Shown here piece after piece: positions 23,155 through 34,836 of a stretch of DNA of 64,000 bases; within the stretch, counting starts at the first letter, position 1, and the number at the start of each line of letters is the position of its first letter. The notes under the pieces are model-generated. The model was not told the DNA's origin. It did no database searches and saw only the letters and a program-made list of their open reading frames with translations. Origin of the DNA: Somniosus microcephalus. Its lineage: Eukaryota. The DNA is taken from the NCBI GenBank assembly GCA_052327205.1, contig CM126218.1, positions 43,834,001-43,898,000 on the forward strand, given 5' to 3'. Position numbers and translations under genes: made by a program.

Positions 23155-24093
23155 ATGGAAGGGCAGCTCGGACCCGTGTCATGCTCCTCCTGTGCCATGT
23201 GGGAAATCAGGGACACTGTCCCTGACAACTATGTGTGCAGGAAGTGTGTCCAGCTGCAGCTCCTAGCGGACCGCATGGCGGCGCTGGAGCTGCGAATGGA
23301 CTCACTCTGGAGCATACGCGATGCTGAGGATGTTGTGGATAGCACATTCAGTGAGTTGGTCACACCGCAGGTAAAGGCTAGCTCAGACAGTAAATGGGTG
23401 ACCAAAAGGCAGGGTAAAGGCAGGAAGGTAGTGCAGGAGTCACCTGCAGTCATCTCCCTCCAAAACAGGTTTACCGTTTTGGGTACTGTTGGGGGAGATG
23501 ACTTATCAGGGGAAGGCACCAGCAGCCAGGTTCAGGGCACCATGACTGGCTCTGCTGCACAGAAGGGCGGGAAAAAGAGGGATAGGGCTATAGTGATAGG
23601 GGATTCAATTGTAAGGGGGATAGATAGGAGTTTCTGTGGCCGAGACCGAGACTCCAAGATGGTATGTTGCCTCCCTGGTGCAAGGGTCAAGGATGTCTCG
23701 GAGCGGGTGCAGAGCATTCTGAAGGGGGAGGGGGATCAGCCAGTTGTCGTGGTACATGTAGGTACCAACGATGTAGGTAAAAAGAGGGAGGAGGTCCTAC
23801 AAGCTGAATTTAGGGAGTTAGGAGCTAAATTGAAAAGTAGGACCTCAAAGGTAGTAATCTCTGGATTGCTACCAGTGCCACGAGCTAATAAGTTTAGAGA
23901 GAGTAAGATAGATAAGCTAAATACGTGGCTTGAGCAGTGGTGCAAGGGAGAGGGATTTAAATTCTTGAGGCATTGGAACCAGTTCTTGGGGAGGAGTGAC
24001 CTGTACCAAGGGGATGGTCTACACCTGAACTGTGAGGGAGCCGATGTCCTCGGGGTAATATTTTCTAGGGCGGTTCGGGAGGATTTAAACTAA
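23155..24093 (+). CDS. CR1 ORF1: zinc finger/leucine zipper plus SGNH esterase
   Basis: CSSC..CRKC then heptads; GDSIVR, CLPGARV, HVGTND, DGLHL blocks. Confidence 0.93.
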   Translation: MEGQLGPVSCSSCAMWEIRDTVPDNYVCRKCVQLQLLADRMAALELRMDSLWSIRDAEDVVDSTFSELVTPQVKASSDSKWVTKRQGKGRKVVQESPAVISLQNRFTVLGTVGGDDLSGEGTSSQVQGTMTGSAAQKGGKKRDRAIVIGDSIVRGIDRSFCGRDRDSKMVCCLPGARVKDVSERVQSILKGEGDQPVVVVHVGTNDVGKKREEVLQAEFRELGAKLKSRTSKVVISGLLPVPRANKFRESKIDKLNTWLEQWCKGEGFKFLRHWNQFLGRSDLYQGDGLHLNCEGADVLGVIFSRAVREDLN

Positions 24094-24140
24094 TTTGGCA
24101 GGGGGATGGGAACCTAGGTAGTGGAAAAGAGGGAAGTCAT

Positions 24141-27050
24141 ATGAAGTCAGAAATAGATGGTAGAAAGGTGAGAAGCAATAAGCAAAGGAGAGAAACACAA
24201 AGGGCCAAACTAATTCATAATGAGAGTGTGAAAAAAGCAAGCCTGAAGGCTTTGTATCTTAATGCTAGAAGCATTAGGAACAAGGTGGATGAATTAGTTG
24301 TGGAAATAGAGGTAAACAAGTATGATTTGATTGGGATTACAGAAACGTGGCTGCAGGGTGGGCAAGGCTGGGAACTTAACATCCAGGGATATACAATATT
24401 TAGGAAGGATCGGCAAAAAGGTAGGGGAGGTGGGGTAGCATTGCTGGTAAAGGAGGGGATTAATGCAATGGAAAGGAAGGATATTAACTCAGATGAAACG
24501 GAATCTGTATGGGTAGAAATGAGAAATAGCAAGGGGAGGAAAACGTTAGTGGGTGTGATATATAGGCCTCCAAATAGTAATATGGAGGTGAGGGAAGGCA
24601 TAAAAAGGGAAATTAGAGAAGCGTGCGATAAGAGCACAGCTGTCATCATGGGTGACTTTAATTTACATATTGATTGGACTACCCAAATTAGTAAAAATTC
24701 TGAGGAGGAGGAATTCCTGGAATGTTTTCGGGACGGTTATCTGGACCAATATGTCGAGGAGCCGACTCGAGATCAGGCCATTTTAGACTGGGTATTGTGC
24801 AATGAGAAGGGACTTATCAGCAATCTTCTTGTACGAGGCCCCTTGGGTCAGAGCGATCATAATATGATCGAGCTCTCAGTCGAGATGGAGAGTGAGGAAA
24901 TTGAATCCGAGACTAAGGTCCAGAACTTAAATAAAGGGAATTACGAGGGTATGAGACGGGAATTGGGTAAGGTTGATTGGGTGGTGTTTCTGGGGGGATT
25001 GACAGTGGATAGACAATGGCAAGCATTCAAAGATAGAATGGAAGAATTCCAGAACATGTTTATACCGGTTTGGCATAAAAATAAACCTAAAAAGGTGACT
25101 CAACCGTGGATAACGAGGGAAATTAGGGACAGCATAAAATCAAAAAAAAGGGCATATCAACTGGCAAAAAAAAGCACCAGACCGGAAGCTTGGGGGCAGT
25201 ACAGGATACAGCAAAAGAGGACAAAGGGATTAATCAGGAAGGGGAAAATAGAATACGAAAGTAAACTTGCAGCAAACATAAAGACAGACTGCAAAAGCTT
25301 TTATCGGTATATCAGGAGGAAAAGACTGGTAAAATCCCAAGTCGGTCCCTTGCAGTCCGATTCGGGAGAATATATAATGGAGGATAAGGAAATGGCAGAC
25401 CAATTAAACTCATACTTTGGTTCTGTATTCACAAAGGAGGACACAAATAACCTCCCAGGAATATCGGCAAACATAGGGACTAATGAGAGGGAGGAGCTGA
25501 CAGAAATTAGTATCTCTAGGGATATGGCGTTGGGTAAGTTGAGGGGACTGAAGGCCGACAAATCCCCGGGGCCTGATAAACTACATCCTAGGGTACTTAA
25601 GGAGGTGGCCCTGGAGATAGCAGATGCTCTAAGGATCATCTTCCGGAACTCCATTGACTCGGGAACAGTACCCGTGGATTGGAGGGTAGCTAATGTTACC
25701 CCAATATTTAAAAAGGGGGGTAGAGAGAAAGCAGGGAATTATAGACCAGTAAGCCTTACATCGGTTGTGGGCAAAATGCTAGAGTCCATTATTAAGGATA
25801 AAATAGCGGAGCACTTGACAAATGGGGAAAAGATCGGACAGAGTCAACATGGATTTACAAAGGGTAAATCGTGTTTGACTAATCTGCTGGAATTTTTTGA
25901 GGAAGTAACTGGTAAAATAGATGGGGGAGAGCCAGTGGATGTGGTGTACCTTGACTTCCAGAAAGCCTTCGATAAGGTTCCACACAAAAGATTATCATGC
26001 AAAATTAAGGCTCATGGGATTGGGGGCAAAGTATTAACGTGGATAGAGAACTGGCTGGCGGATAGAAAACAGAGAGTTGGAATAAACGGCTCGTTTTCGG
26101 AGTGGCAGGCAGTGACCAGCGGGGTGCCGCAAGGATCTGTCCTGGGACCCCAGCTGTTCACAATATATATAAATGATCTGGATCAGGGAATTGGATGCAA
26201 TATTTCCAAATTCGCTGACGACACTAAACTAGGAGGAGGGGTGGGCTCTGATGAGGATGTCAGGAGGCTACAGTGCGATTTGGACAGGTTGGGGGAATGG
26301 GCGGATACGTGGCAGATGCACTATAATGTGGATAAATGCGAGGTTATCCACTTTGGGGGTAAAAACAGGAGGGTAGATTATTATCTAAATGGCAATAGAT
26401 TGGGAGATGGGGAAGTGCAGAGGGACCTGGGTGTTCTTGTGCACCAGTCACTGAAGGAGAGCATGCAGGTGCAACAGGCGATTAAGAAGGCAAATGGTAT
26501 GTTGGCCTTCATATCAAGGGGGTTCGAGTATAGGAATAGGGATACCTTACTACAGCTGTACAAGGTGCTGGTGAGACCGCATCTGGAGTATTGTGTACAG
26601 TTTTGGTCGCCCCATCTGCGGAAGGATGTTCTTGCCATGGAAAGAGTGCAACGGCGATTCACCAGGCTGATACCTGGAATGGCGGGAATGACCTACAAAG
26701 AGAGATTAAATAGTTTGGGCTTGTACTCACTGGAGTTTAGAAGATTGAGAGGGGATCTCATCGAAACATATAAAATTATGGCAGGCCTGGACAGGCTGAA
26801 TTCAGAGAGAATGTTTCCAATGGCCGGGGAGCACAGAACCAGGGGCCACAGTCTAAAAATAGCGGGCAAATCATTTAAAACAGAGATGAGGAAGAATTTC
26901 TTCACTCAAAGAGTGGTGAGCCTGTGGAATTCCCTGCCACAGAGGGCTGTGAAGGCTAATTCAATAAATATTTTCAAGAGAGAATTGGATATATTTCTGA
27001 AGGCTAAGGGGATTAAGGGTTACGGAGAAAAGGCGGGGACGGGGTACTGA
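24141..27050 (+). CDS. CR1 ORF2: AP endonuclease plus reverse transcriptase, uninterrupted 969 aa
   Basis: YLNARS, ITETW, YRPP, MGDFN, SDH; KSPGPD, NYRPVSL, YLDFQKAFD, GVPQGSVLGP, FADD. Confidence 0.97.
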   Translation: MKSEIDGRKVRSNKQRRETQRAKLIHNESVKKASLKALYLNARSIRNKVDELVVEIEVNKYDLIGITETWLQGGQGWELNIQGYTIFRKDRQKGRGGGVALLVKEGINAMERKDINSDETESVWVEMRNSKGRKTLVGVIYRPPNSNMEVREGIKREIREACDKSTAVIMGDFNLHIDWTTQISKNSEEEEFLECFRDGYLDQYVEEPTRDQAILDWVLCNEKGLISNLLVRGPLGQSDHNMIELSVEMESEEIESETKVQNLNKGNYEGMRRELGKVDWVVFLGGLTVDRQWQAFKDRMEEFQNMFIPVWHKNKPKKVTQPWITREIRDSIKSKKRAYQLAKKSTRPEAWGQYRIQQKRTKGLIRKGKIEYESKLAANIKTDCKSFYRYIRRKRLVKSQVGPLQSDSGEYIMEDKEMADQLNSYFGSVFTKEDTNNLPGISANIGTNEREELTEISISRDMALGKLRGLKADKSPGPDKLHPRVLKEVALEIADALRIIFRNSIDSGTVPVDWRVANVTPIFKKGGREKAGNYRPVSLTSVVGKMLESIIKDKIAEHLTNGEKIGQSQHGFTKGKSCLTNLLEFFEEVTGKIDGGEPVDVVYLDFQKAFDKVPHKRLSCKIKAHGIGGKVLTWIENWLADRKQRVGINGSFSEWQAVTSGVPQGSVLGPQLFTIYINDLDQGIGCNISKFADDTKLGGGVGSDEDVRRLQCDLDRLGEWADTWQMHYNVDKCEVIHFGGKNRRVDYYLNGNRLGDGEVQRDLGVLVHQSLKESMQVQQAIKKANGMLAFISRGFEYRNRDTLLQLYKVLVRPHLEYCVQFWSPHLRKDVLAMERVQRRFTRLIPGMAGMTYKERLNSLGLYSLEFRRLRGDLIETYKIMAGLDRLNSERMFPMAGEHRTRGHSLKIAGKSFKTEMRKNFFTQRVVSLWNSLPQRAVKANSINIFKRELDIFLKAKGIKGYGEKAGTGY

Positions 27051-28324
27051 ACTGGTAAGATCAGCTATGATCTCAGACGAAGATCAGCCATGATCTCATT
27101 GAATGGCGGAGCAGGCTCGAAGGGCCGAATGGCCTACTCCTGTTCCTATCTCTATGTTTCTATGTTTACTACTGTTGTAAGAATCTCAGGAAAAAAAATT
27201 AAAGCTGCATTTCCTTAAATTTTATAAATTGGGTATTCGATAAAATAATATGCAAAGTTTTGAAGTCTGTTTTTAAAAGTCCAAGAATTAAGAAAGATTT
27301 AACACCATATTCTCATCAAGAGTTCTTCAAAAGCCTGTTGCTATTAAAAAGTTAAGTAAACTCTCTTCTGCACAATTTACACCTGTAAACTCGTGACCAA
27401 GAGTTCATGTTTCCCTTTTCTAAAAATGTATTTCAATTGATTTCTTATGCAATGGTTTAATGACATCTATGTCACAGTCTTTCACTGTTAATAGGTGATT
27501 GCCTGAGAATGCAGCACCAAACCTTTACTCGCGACCTTCGGCCTCCTGCTGATTTTACCGCCGGAAAGAGTACATTGCACGGGAGCTTCTGCGCTGCGCT
27601 CATTTAAATCAGCAGGCAGCACCAAAACATCGATGCTGCCTGCGCTCTTTTTGCAGGCGGCCGCTAACCTTGGCCCGCGATGACACTTGTTCGGGCTTAA
27701 TCGAATTTCTAGGCCTCTATCTTTGTTTTCATTTCCATTAAAAAATAACCCTGGCCGCCACATAAAAATCAGACTACCTTTACAGTTAGTCGTCTCAATT
27801 GGCATGGCTACAGACACACCAAACAATGACAGACTTCTGTATCTTGGCAAATAAAAAGAAGCAATAGCATCTTACAGTATCATGAAATCCTATTTTATTG
27901 CTCAGTGTCCACTTCCGCCATCTGCTGCTGCTACACCAGTCTTCCCAAGTCTTGATTGTAAATTTGGTACTTTGTTAAGGGGGGGAGTTATTTAATAAAA
28001 GTGTCTAGAGTTTGAATTAATGCTTCTCATTGGGCTTTATCATTGAAAACATATGTTGACAATGATTTTATTGATTAATAAATGCGATTAAGTATGTAGG
28101 AAATGTTCTGAGTTCACCAAAAATCCCTACAAATCTTGTGAGCATCTACCAGTTTCCACTGACCCTGCTCATTTACAAGCAACACACATATTTCTTTTTT
28201 TTTTACATAAAATGATCTTGAAATAGATCAATATTTTTTTACATTGTAGTTTATTCATATGCTGCCCCTATCCCAAAGATCCACGTCTACTGACTGCATC
28301 ACTGCAAAGTAGATGAGGCCTATA

Positions 28325-28453
28325 TGCCCTGGAGTTTAGAAGAATGAGAGGTGATCTCATTGAAACATATAACATTCTTAATGGGCTTGATAGGGTGGAT
28401 GCTAGGAGGATGTTTCTCCTGGCTGGAGAGTCTAGAACCAGGGGTCACAGTCT
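28325..28453 (+). mobile_element. CR1 ORF2 C-terminal fragment
   Basis: ctggagtttagaagaatgagaggtgatctcattgaaacatat...ggtcacagtctc. Confidence 0.8.
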
Positions 28454-28726
28454 CCCTGCATCCACCCAGTCAAGCCCTTTAAGAATTTTGTACTAATGAA
28501 ATCACCTCTCATTCTTCTAAACTATCGGGAATATAGGCCTAGTCTACTCAATCACTCCTCATAGGACAATCCCCTCATTTCAGGATTCAGTCTAGTGAAT
28601 CTTCGTTGCACTCCCTCTAAGGCAAGTACATCCTTCCATAGTGTGGAGATGCCGGTGTTGGACTGGGGTGGACAAATGTAAGAAGTCACACGACACCAGG
28701 TTATAGTCCAACAGTTTTATTTGAAA

Positions 28727-28763
28727 TCACAAGCTTTCGGAGCGCTGCTCCTTCGTCAGGTGA
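28727..28763 (-). ncRNA. Minimal hammerhead ribozyme (left arm)
   Basis: Reverse complement: tcac-CTGACGA-a-ggagc/agc/gctcc-GAAA-gc-TT-gtga. Confidence 0.82.
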
Positions 28764-29321
28764 AGTGGAGAGATGCATAAAGACACAGCTTATATAGTCA
28801 GAGAATAATGCCAGATGATTACAGGTAATCTTTCTAACTGCCATTTATCACACCTCGGCAGAGAGATAATCACAGCAATCAAAGGTGTGAATGGTGTCCA
28901 AACAGGTCAGTCAGGAAAACATTACATCAAAGAACAATGAGGTGGAGTCACAAGGGGTCAAATGTTGCAGATGCTGGGGTCTGTATGAAAAACAAAAAAC
29001 AGACAAAAAAACATTTTTTTGCTGGAAATCACAGATGCGGCCGGACCTGCTGTGATTTCCAGCAAAAAAAATGTTTTTTTGTCTGTTTTTTGTTTTTCAT
29101 ACAGACCCCAGCATCTGCAACATTTGACCCCTTGTGACCCCACCTCATTGTTCTTTGATGTAATGTTTTCCTGACTGACCTGTTTGGACACCATTCACAC
29201 CTTTGATTGCTGTGATTATCTCTCTGCCGAGGTCTGATAAATGGCAGTTAGAAAGATTACCTGTAATCATCTGGCATTATTCTCTGACTATATAAGTTGT
29301 GTCTTTATGCATCTCTCCACT

Positions 29322-29358
29322 TCACCTGATGAAGGAGCAGTGCTCCGAAAGCTTGTGA
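29322..29358 (+). ncRNA. Minimal hammerhead ribozyme (right arm)
   Basis: tcac-CTGATGA-a-ggagc/agt/gctcc-GAAA-gc-TT-gtga; palindromic helix III AAGCTT. Confidence 0.82.
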
Positions 29359-30652
29359 TTTCAAATAAAACTGTTGGACTATAACCTGGTGTCGTGTGAC
29401 TTCTTACATTTATCCTTCCATAGGTAAGGTGACCAAAACTGTACACAGTATTCCAGGTGTGGTCTCACCAAGGACCTATATAATTGTAGTAAGACTTCTT
29501 AACTCTTATACTCCAATCCTCTTGTAATAAGGGCCAACATACCATTTGCTTTCCTAATTGCTTGCTGTACCTGCATGTTAACTTTCTGTGATTCGTGTAC
29601 AAGGACACCCAGGTCTCACTGAACACCAACATTTCCCAGTCTCTCACCATTTAAAAAATCATTCTGCTTTTCTATTTTTCCTACCAAAATGGATACCTTC
29701 ACACTTCTCCACATTATATTCCATCTGCCATGTTCTTGCCCACTCACTTAAGCTGTCTATACCCCTTTGCAGCCTCGTTGCATATAAGGGAAGATCTGGA
29801 ACAAGAGGCATTTGCTACAAAGCACAGTACTGCAAAAAGCTACCACTGCACCGTCCCCTCCATTCAGGACCAAAATAAAATGGTAATCAGAAGCAACTTG
29901 AGATTTTGTAAGAGCTGTCCATCAATCACAGGAACCACGATGAGCATGCTTGCACTAAAAAGCATGTTTTACACAAATACATTGATCGGTTCTCAATTAA
30001 GTTAAAAAAAAACATTGATAACTCACTCAAGAGTCCACAACTCAAAGGACTAGTACAATGACATTGTGAAACCCAACAGAACAGTGAAGTGTTCCTCCCC
30101 AATTGATTATGTAAACTCTGAATCAATTAAAAACTCTTCTGCTTGTCACCAACAAAAAAAACACAAGCATTAAAATTAAAAACCTTAGTGGCACTTGAAT
30201 CATTCGGCCACTATTGCTGTTGAAAAGTCAATGGCATAGATTTCTAATGGAATGTATGAATATAATGCAATCATGTAATTTGCATCAGAAGACATGGTTG
30301 CACTGCTCACGGAAGATGTATAATGACACATGTGTCTTTGCCTCCCTGAATCAACAATGATCCCACTTTAGGGCTACAAATGTTCAAAAAGCACAACTAA
30401 TGATGTAGGCAAATTGTTTGTGATCTTCGGGAATCTTCTTTGAAAACAGTGATGAAAAAGGACTTTTCACTTATGTTAGTAATTGATAGAAATTATGTTA
30501 ATCTATCAGATTTTAAATGGAGCCGGGAAGGTGAGGACTGAGCAAACTTCATCTTGGACCCCCAGGAAATTGTCATATTCTTTCCTCTGATTTGGGAAGC
30601 CTCGCAAATGTTTAACAGTTGACTTTCCCCGCCCCCCCCCAGTAAAATCATA

Positions 30653-32410
30653 GGCCGCGATTTTACTTACCTCGGTGGGTCTGTGGCGGGCGATGTCAGT
30701 GGCGGGTCACGGCCCTGCTGCTGGCTCCATCCCGCTCTGTGAAATGACTTTCCGTTGATAGGGCTTGTTAAGCCCGCCCAGCACGTTTCCCAGGCCAATT
30801 AGAGGAAGCGGGTCTGGTGATGTCATTCATGACGCGTCATCAGCCGGTTTCCTTAAAGGGACCACATCCAAATTTATCTTGACATTTGTGCTTTTAGTGT
30901 TCTACAGCATTTAGGTGTTGCAAACACTGACAATGACTGCACAGAGGTACAGGGCTGCCCCCAGGCTCTCCCATAATTCCCTCCATATGCTTATGGAGGG
31001 TGTCACAGCACGCAGGGAGGTCCTCTTCCCTTCCCATGGGTGGAAGAGACCTCCCCAGGAAACCTAAACAACTTGGTTGCACATTGCAGAGGAGGGCACA
31101 GGCAGGGATGTGGTCAGGAGGACCTGGGTGCAGTGGCGCAAATGTTTCAATGATCTCAGTAGATCATGAAACGTTAGTACAAAGCCACACTCAACCTCAT
31201 CCTGCTGTGCCTCTCATCACATCACCATCACTCTGCCTTCCCTACCCTATTCCTGCACATCTTTACTCACACCAACTTACCTTGCACCTCCACCCATCCT
31301 CTCTATCTACATTATCACTTCCCCATCTCACTAGCCACTCCTCACACTCGCCCTCATCTGGGTGCAATCATACCTACTAACAACACACAAGGGTAACCAC
31401 TTGGGAGTTTTATCCAATGTTTATATAAAGTTTCTATTAATGTGCTGTCAAACATTGAAATCTTAATTTTCAACACTTTCTGGTCTTGGACAGATTTGTG
31501 TGCACCTTTGGAAGTGGCTTAGTGAGTTGCAGTGAATGGTGAGTCATAACGGTACCCCCCACAATGGTGGTGAGTGTGAAAGGAATGGCTTGGGCATTGC
31601 AGGGATGCTTTATGGTGTTGGTGTGGGGTGGTGCCAACCTGGCGCATCATGTGGCAGCCAGGTGTACAGCATCAAGTGAAGTAAATCTGGCCATGGTGAC
31701 TCCACCCCTGGCCTCCCGGGCAGCAATGTGCTCGGGTGCTGATGCCCTCTGTCCTGTGCAGCATCAGGTGATTGCGGAGAAGGTTGGTGTTGTTCTTGGT
31801 GCTGCTGGTATGCCTGGTGCTGCCAGTGTTGGGGCTGATCGTGGTCGGATTCTGAGGACCAAGGTGAGAGAGTATAAAGGGCACCCATGTTGATGGAATA
31901 GATGGCAGTTGAAGTAGAGATGACCGAAGCATTCTGTCAATGGTGAGAGAGTTCTTCCAATGCGGTGATACTGGATAGAGAGTGGAAAGTGGAAAGCCTG
32001 CAGAATCTGTGCTGGAAATGGACTGAGAAACAGCTTGTGGCTGAGGAAAGTGATGAGCTTTTACTGTACATTTGAAGCTGTCAAGTAATCAGCTGGAGCA
32101 ATGGCCACTAAACTCCCGCCACAGGTTGACAGTTGTGGTTCCCATAGCCATGAAGTTAAAGTGAAAATGTAAGTTAAAAAAGCCTGTTAATGATATGTCA
32201 ACTAGATGTTAATGAGGTTAATTGGATCCCCACCGCTGCCTGTCGAGGCTGCTCAGCGCTGACAGACCCAACCATTGGGAAAGGCACGTTGTGGCGGGTT
32301 GACAGCGGGGTCCCAACCCGCTGTGAAAAAACCCACTTTCCCAACCAACAAGTTCCCAATCCCGCCCGCTGACCTCTTACCCCCCCCCCCCCCAAAAAAA
32401 AATTCCGGCC
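30653..32410. mobile_element. Non-autonomous Harbinger deletion derivative
   Basis: Ends GGCCGCGATTTT / AAAATTCCGGCC, TSD ATA; decayed Myb/SANT exon at about 30930-31170 (+); homologous to 51045-52532. Confidence 0.85.
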
Positions 32411-32521
32411 ATAATTCTTTCAAAGTTTTTCTGTCATTTTATTCAACTTTTAGAGCAATTTACAGAAGCTGGAACTTATAAAACACAGAACCAGCAGTAA
32501 ACATTGTTCAAAAATGTTTAT

Positions 32522-32878
32522 ATTCCCTTGCATTTAGAAGGTTGAGGGGTGATACAATTGAAGTGTTTAAAATGCAAAATACAGAGAAGCTGATTTCTCT
32601 GATGGAGGAATCCAGAAAAAAAGGGCATAATCTCAAAGTTAGAGCTCGGCCATTTAGGAATGATACCTGGAAGCAGCTTTTCCCACAAAGGGTGGTGGAC
32701 ATCTGCAACTCACTCCCCCAAAATTATCAAGACTGGGATTGATAAACCTTTGTTAGACAAGGGTATCAAGGGATATGGACCAAAGGTGGGTAAGTGGAGT
32801 TGAGATACAGATCCACCATGATCTAATTGAATGGTGGAACGGACTCGAGGAGCAGAATGGCCTACTGCAGTTCCTACG
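32522..32878 (+). mobile_element. Old CR1 3' end
   Basis: RGDTIEVFK...KGHNLK...FPQRVVDICNSLP and CR1 tail. Confidence 0.8.
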
Positions 32879-34478
32879 GTCAGTGATTTCATGACTGCAA
32901 ATTAATGGTAGCATGTGTTTAAAAGATGTATCGACACTGCTTTCAGATGGCAATTAGTGAGTGGGACATTTTTTAAAGGTTTTTTGACACACTTGTTATT
33001 TGGACTCTGAGAAGGTGCTGTCTCCCTTGACAAATAGATTGGAATGTTTTCTGATCATTAGCTTAGTCCACCACATCATTTTGTCAAGGCTTTGTGACAT
33101 TTAGTGTGATCTGGACCATTATTAATTGTTCTCAACTTTCATTTTTTTGATCTTCTCACAGCATCGATCAAGTTCCAGCATTCCTCTGCACAGTGCAAAT
33201 GATTATTTCTTGGCAAAGTGTGCGTGCTGCCATGGTCCAAACCGTCCTGTGCCCTCTGTGATTGCCGATACGGTTTTGGAGCCAAGGAATTGTGTCTTTG
33301 CATATGATCAGTTGGCTGACAGGTACAAGCAGCTCAGTATCGGAAGAGTGGTCATCTTTGTGTTTTTGCTTTGGTTTCCATTTTTCCCTTTTACCTCCAG
33401 CCAACGTATGATATCACATTCATTAATTCAGTTCAAGTGTTTATTCCTTGAGGCTGTAAACTGCAATAATTTCAAGTAACATCTGCTGGAGTGTTATTAA
33501 CTGAAAGCTGGTGATATGTTAAGGTGCTGCGGTGCTGTCAAAATGTGCAGCGTTGTCTGCTGCTCACCAAGTGTCTTAGACGTATGATCGCCCTAATACT
33601 TCAATTGTTTTTCCGGAGTTTAGGTTATGCTATTTTAGAGGGTATTGGTTTCTGTTTCGCACACTGAAATAATCCCTGGCATCAACTTCAATTCAAGTCG
33701 TCTGGTACGGGAGTAGTTCATTTTATATCATGGGTTTAATGGTAGGAACCTGTTTCTGTCTTCTACAATGCATGCCACCAACCAAAAAGATGTTACTGAA
33801 TAAATAATAATAGTTAACAAAGGTTTAGAGCCGTAGAAGTGTTCAGCTGAACTCCCTGGTTCACGTGCATCACTCGATATGGTTAAGGAAGACAAATGAG
33901 GTTGTTTGTTTACTGAAGAGCAGCCATGGCATTAACAAACAGTATATTGCTCTCCCCTCTGCATACAACAGCGGAGTAAACTTTAACTCGATTAAAACAA
34001 CTGTAATCAGACAAACACTGGATTTCATATATGCCAATATCTTCAGCTGCTAATATTTAACAAATTCTGCATCGTTTGTGCATTCTGTTACAGCGCTTCA
34101 CATTATTATCTCTGATATAGGAATCTAGGCTAGAAATTATTGTTGGTGCGATTGGTAGAAGAATTGTTGCTTTGTCTATTATTTTAGCAGAATCATTAAC
34201 CTATTTAAATAATGTACAGACATGTTTTTCTAATATCACAAACAGTAATTTTGAGGTTTTTATGTTTTAATAGCTCTTTTGGTGAGTGCTGCTTTACTCT
34301 TTACAGTACTTCCTTTGCCAACAGTTCTATCTTCTACTTACTACCTATGATGCTAAAAAGAGAGGGGGAAAGGTGATTTCAGAACTGAAACATTCAGAGA
34401 TGGGGATATTAGGTGTAGCTAAGGTTACACCTGAATTTATACCATAGGCTGTATTGTGAGCTGTTAATCATGGCTAGT

Positions 34479-34836
34479 GCATCTACAAGATGCACTGCAG
34501 CAACTCGCCAAGGCTTCTTCGGCAGCACCTCTCAAACTCACGACCTCTACCACCTAGAAGGAAAAGGGCAGCAGGTGCATGGGAAGACCACTGCCTCCAA
34601 GTTCTCCTCCAAGTCACACACCAACCTGACTTGGAAATATATCGCCGTCGCTCCATCGTCGCTGGGTCAAAATCCTGGAACTCCCGACCTAACATCACTG
34701 TGGGAGCACCTTCACCACACGGACTGCAGCAGTTCAAGGCGGCAGCTCACCACCACCTTCTCAAGGGCAATTAGAGATGGACAATAAATGCTGGCCTTGC
34801 CAGCGACACCCACATCCCATGAATGAATAAAAAAAA
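34479..34836 (+). mobile_element. LINE 3' fragment of a second CR1/L2-group family
   Basis: IYKMHCSNSPRLLRQHL...SWNS; same family as 35650-36147, 43530-43640 and 48602-48956. Confidence 0.8.

Larger units (their letters stand above)
21659..27167 (+). mobile_element. Full-length CR1 LINE with intact ORF1 and ORF2
   Basis: 5' tandem monomers, ORF1, ORF2, 3' UTR ending (tctatgtt)n; TSD at most a short tact. Confidence 0.95.
21221..27715. mobile_element. Harbinger MITE interrupted by a full-length CR1
   Basis: TIR GGCCTAGAAATTC at 21221 and GAATTTCTAGGCC ending 27715, identical to the outer 13 bp of the autonomous element; GC-rich arms at 21221-21500 and 27500-27715. Confidence 0.82.
28642..29411. 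mobile_element. Penelope pLTR-derived palindromic insertion
   Basis: Arms 28674-29034 and 29050-29411 are reverse complements with about 6 differences, 15-nt spacer; 12-bp direct repeat atccttccatag at 28630-28641 and 29412-29423. Confidence 0.88.
28454..29777 (-). mobile_element. CR1 fragment interrupted by the Penelope palindrome
   Basis: RT C-terminal sequence continues across 28641/29412. Confidence 0.82.
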
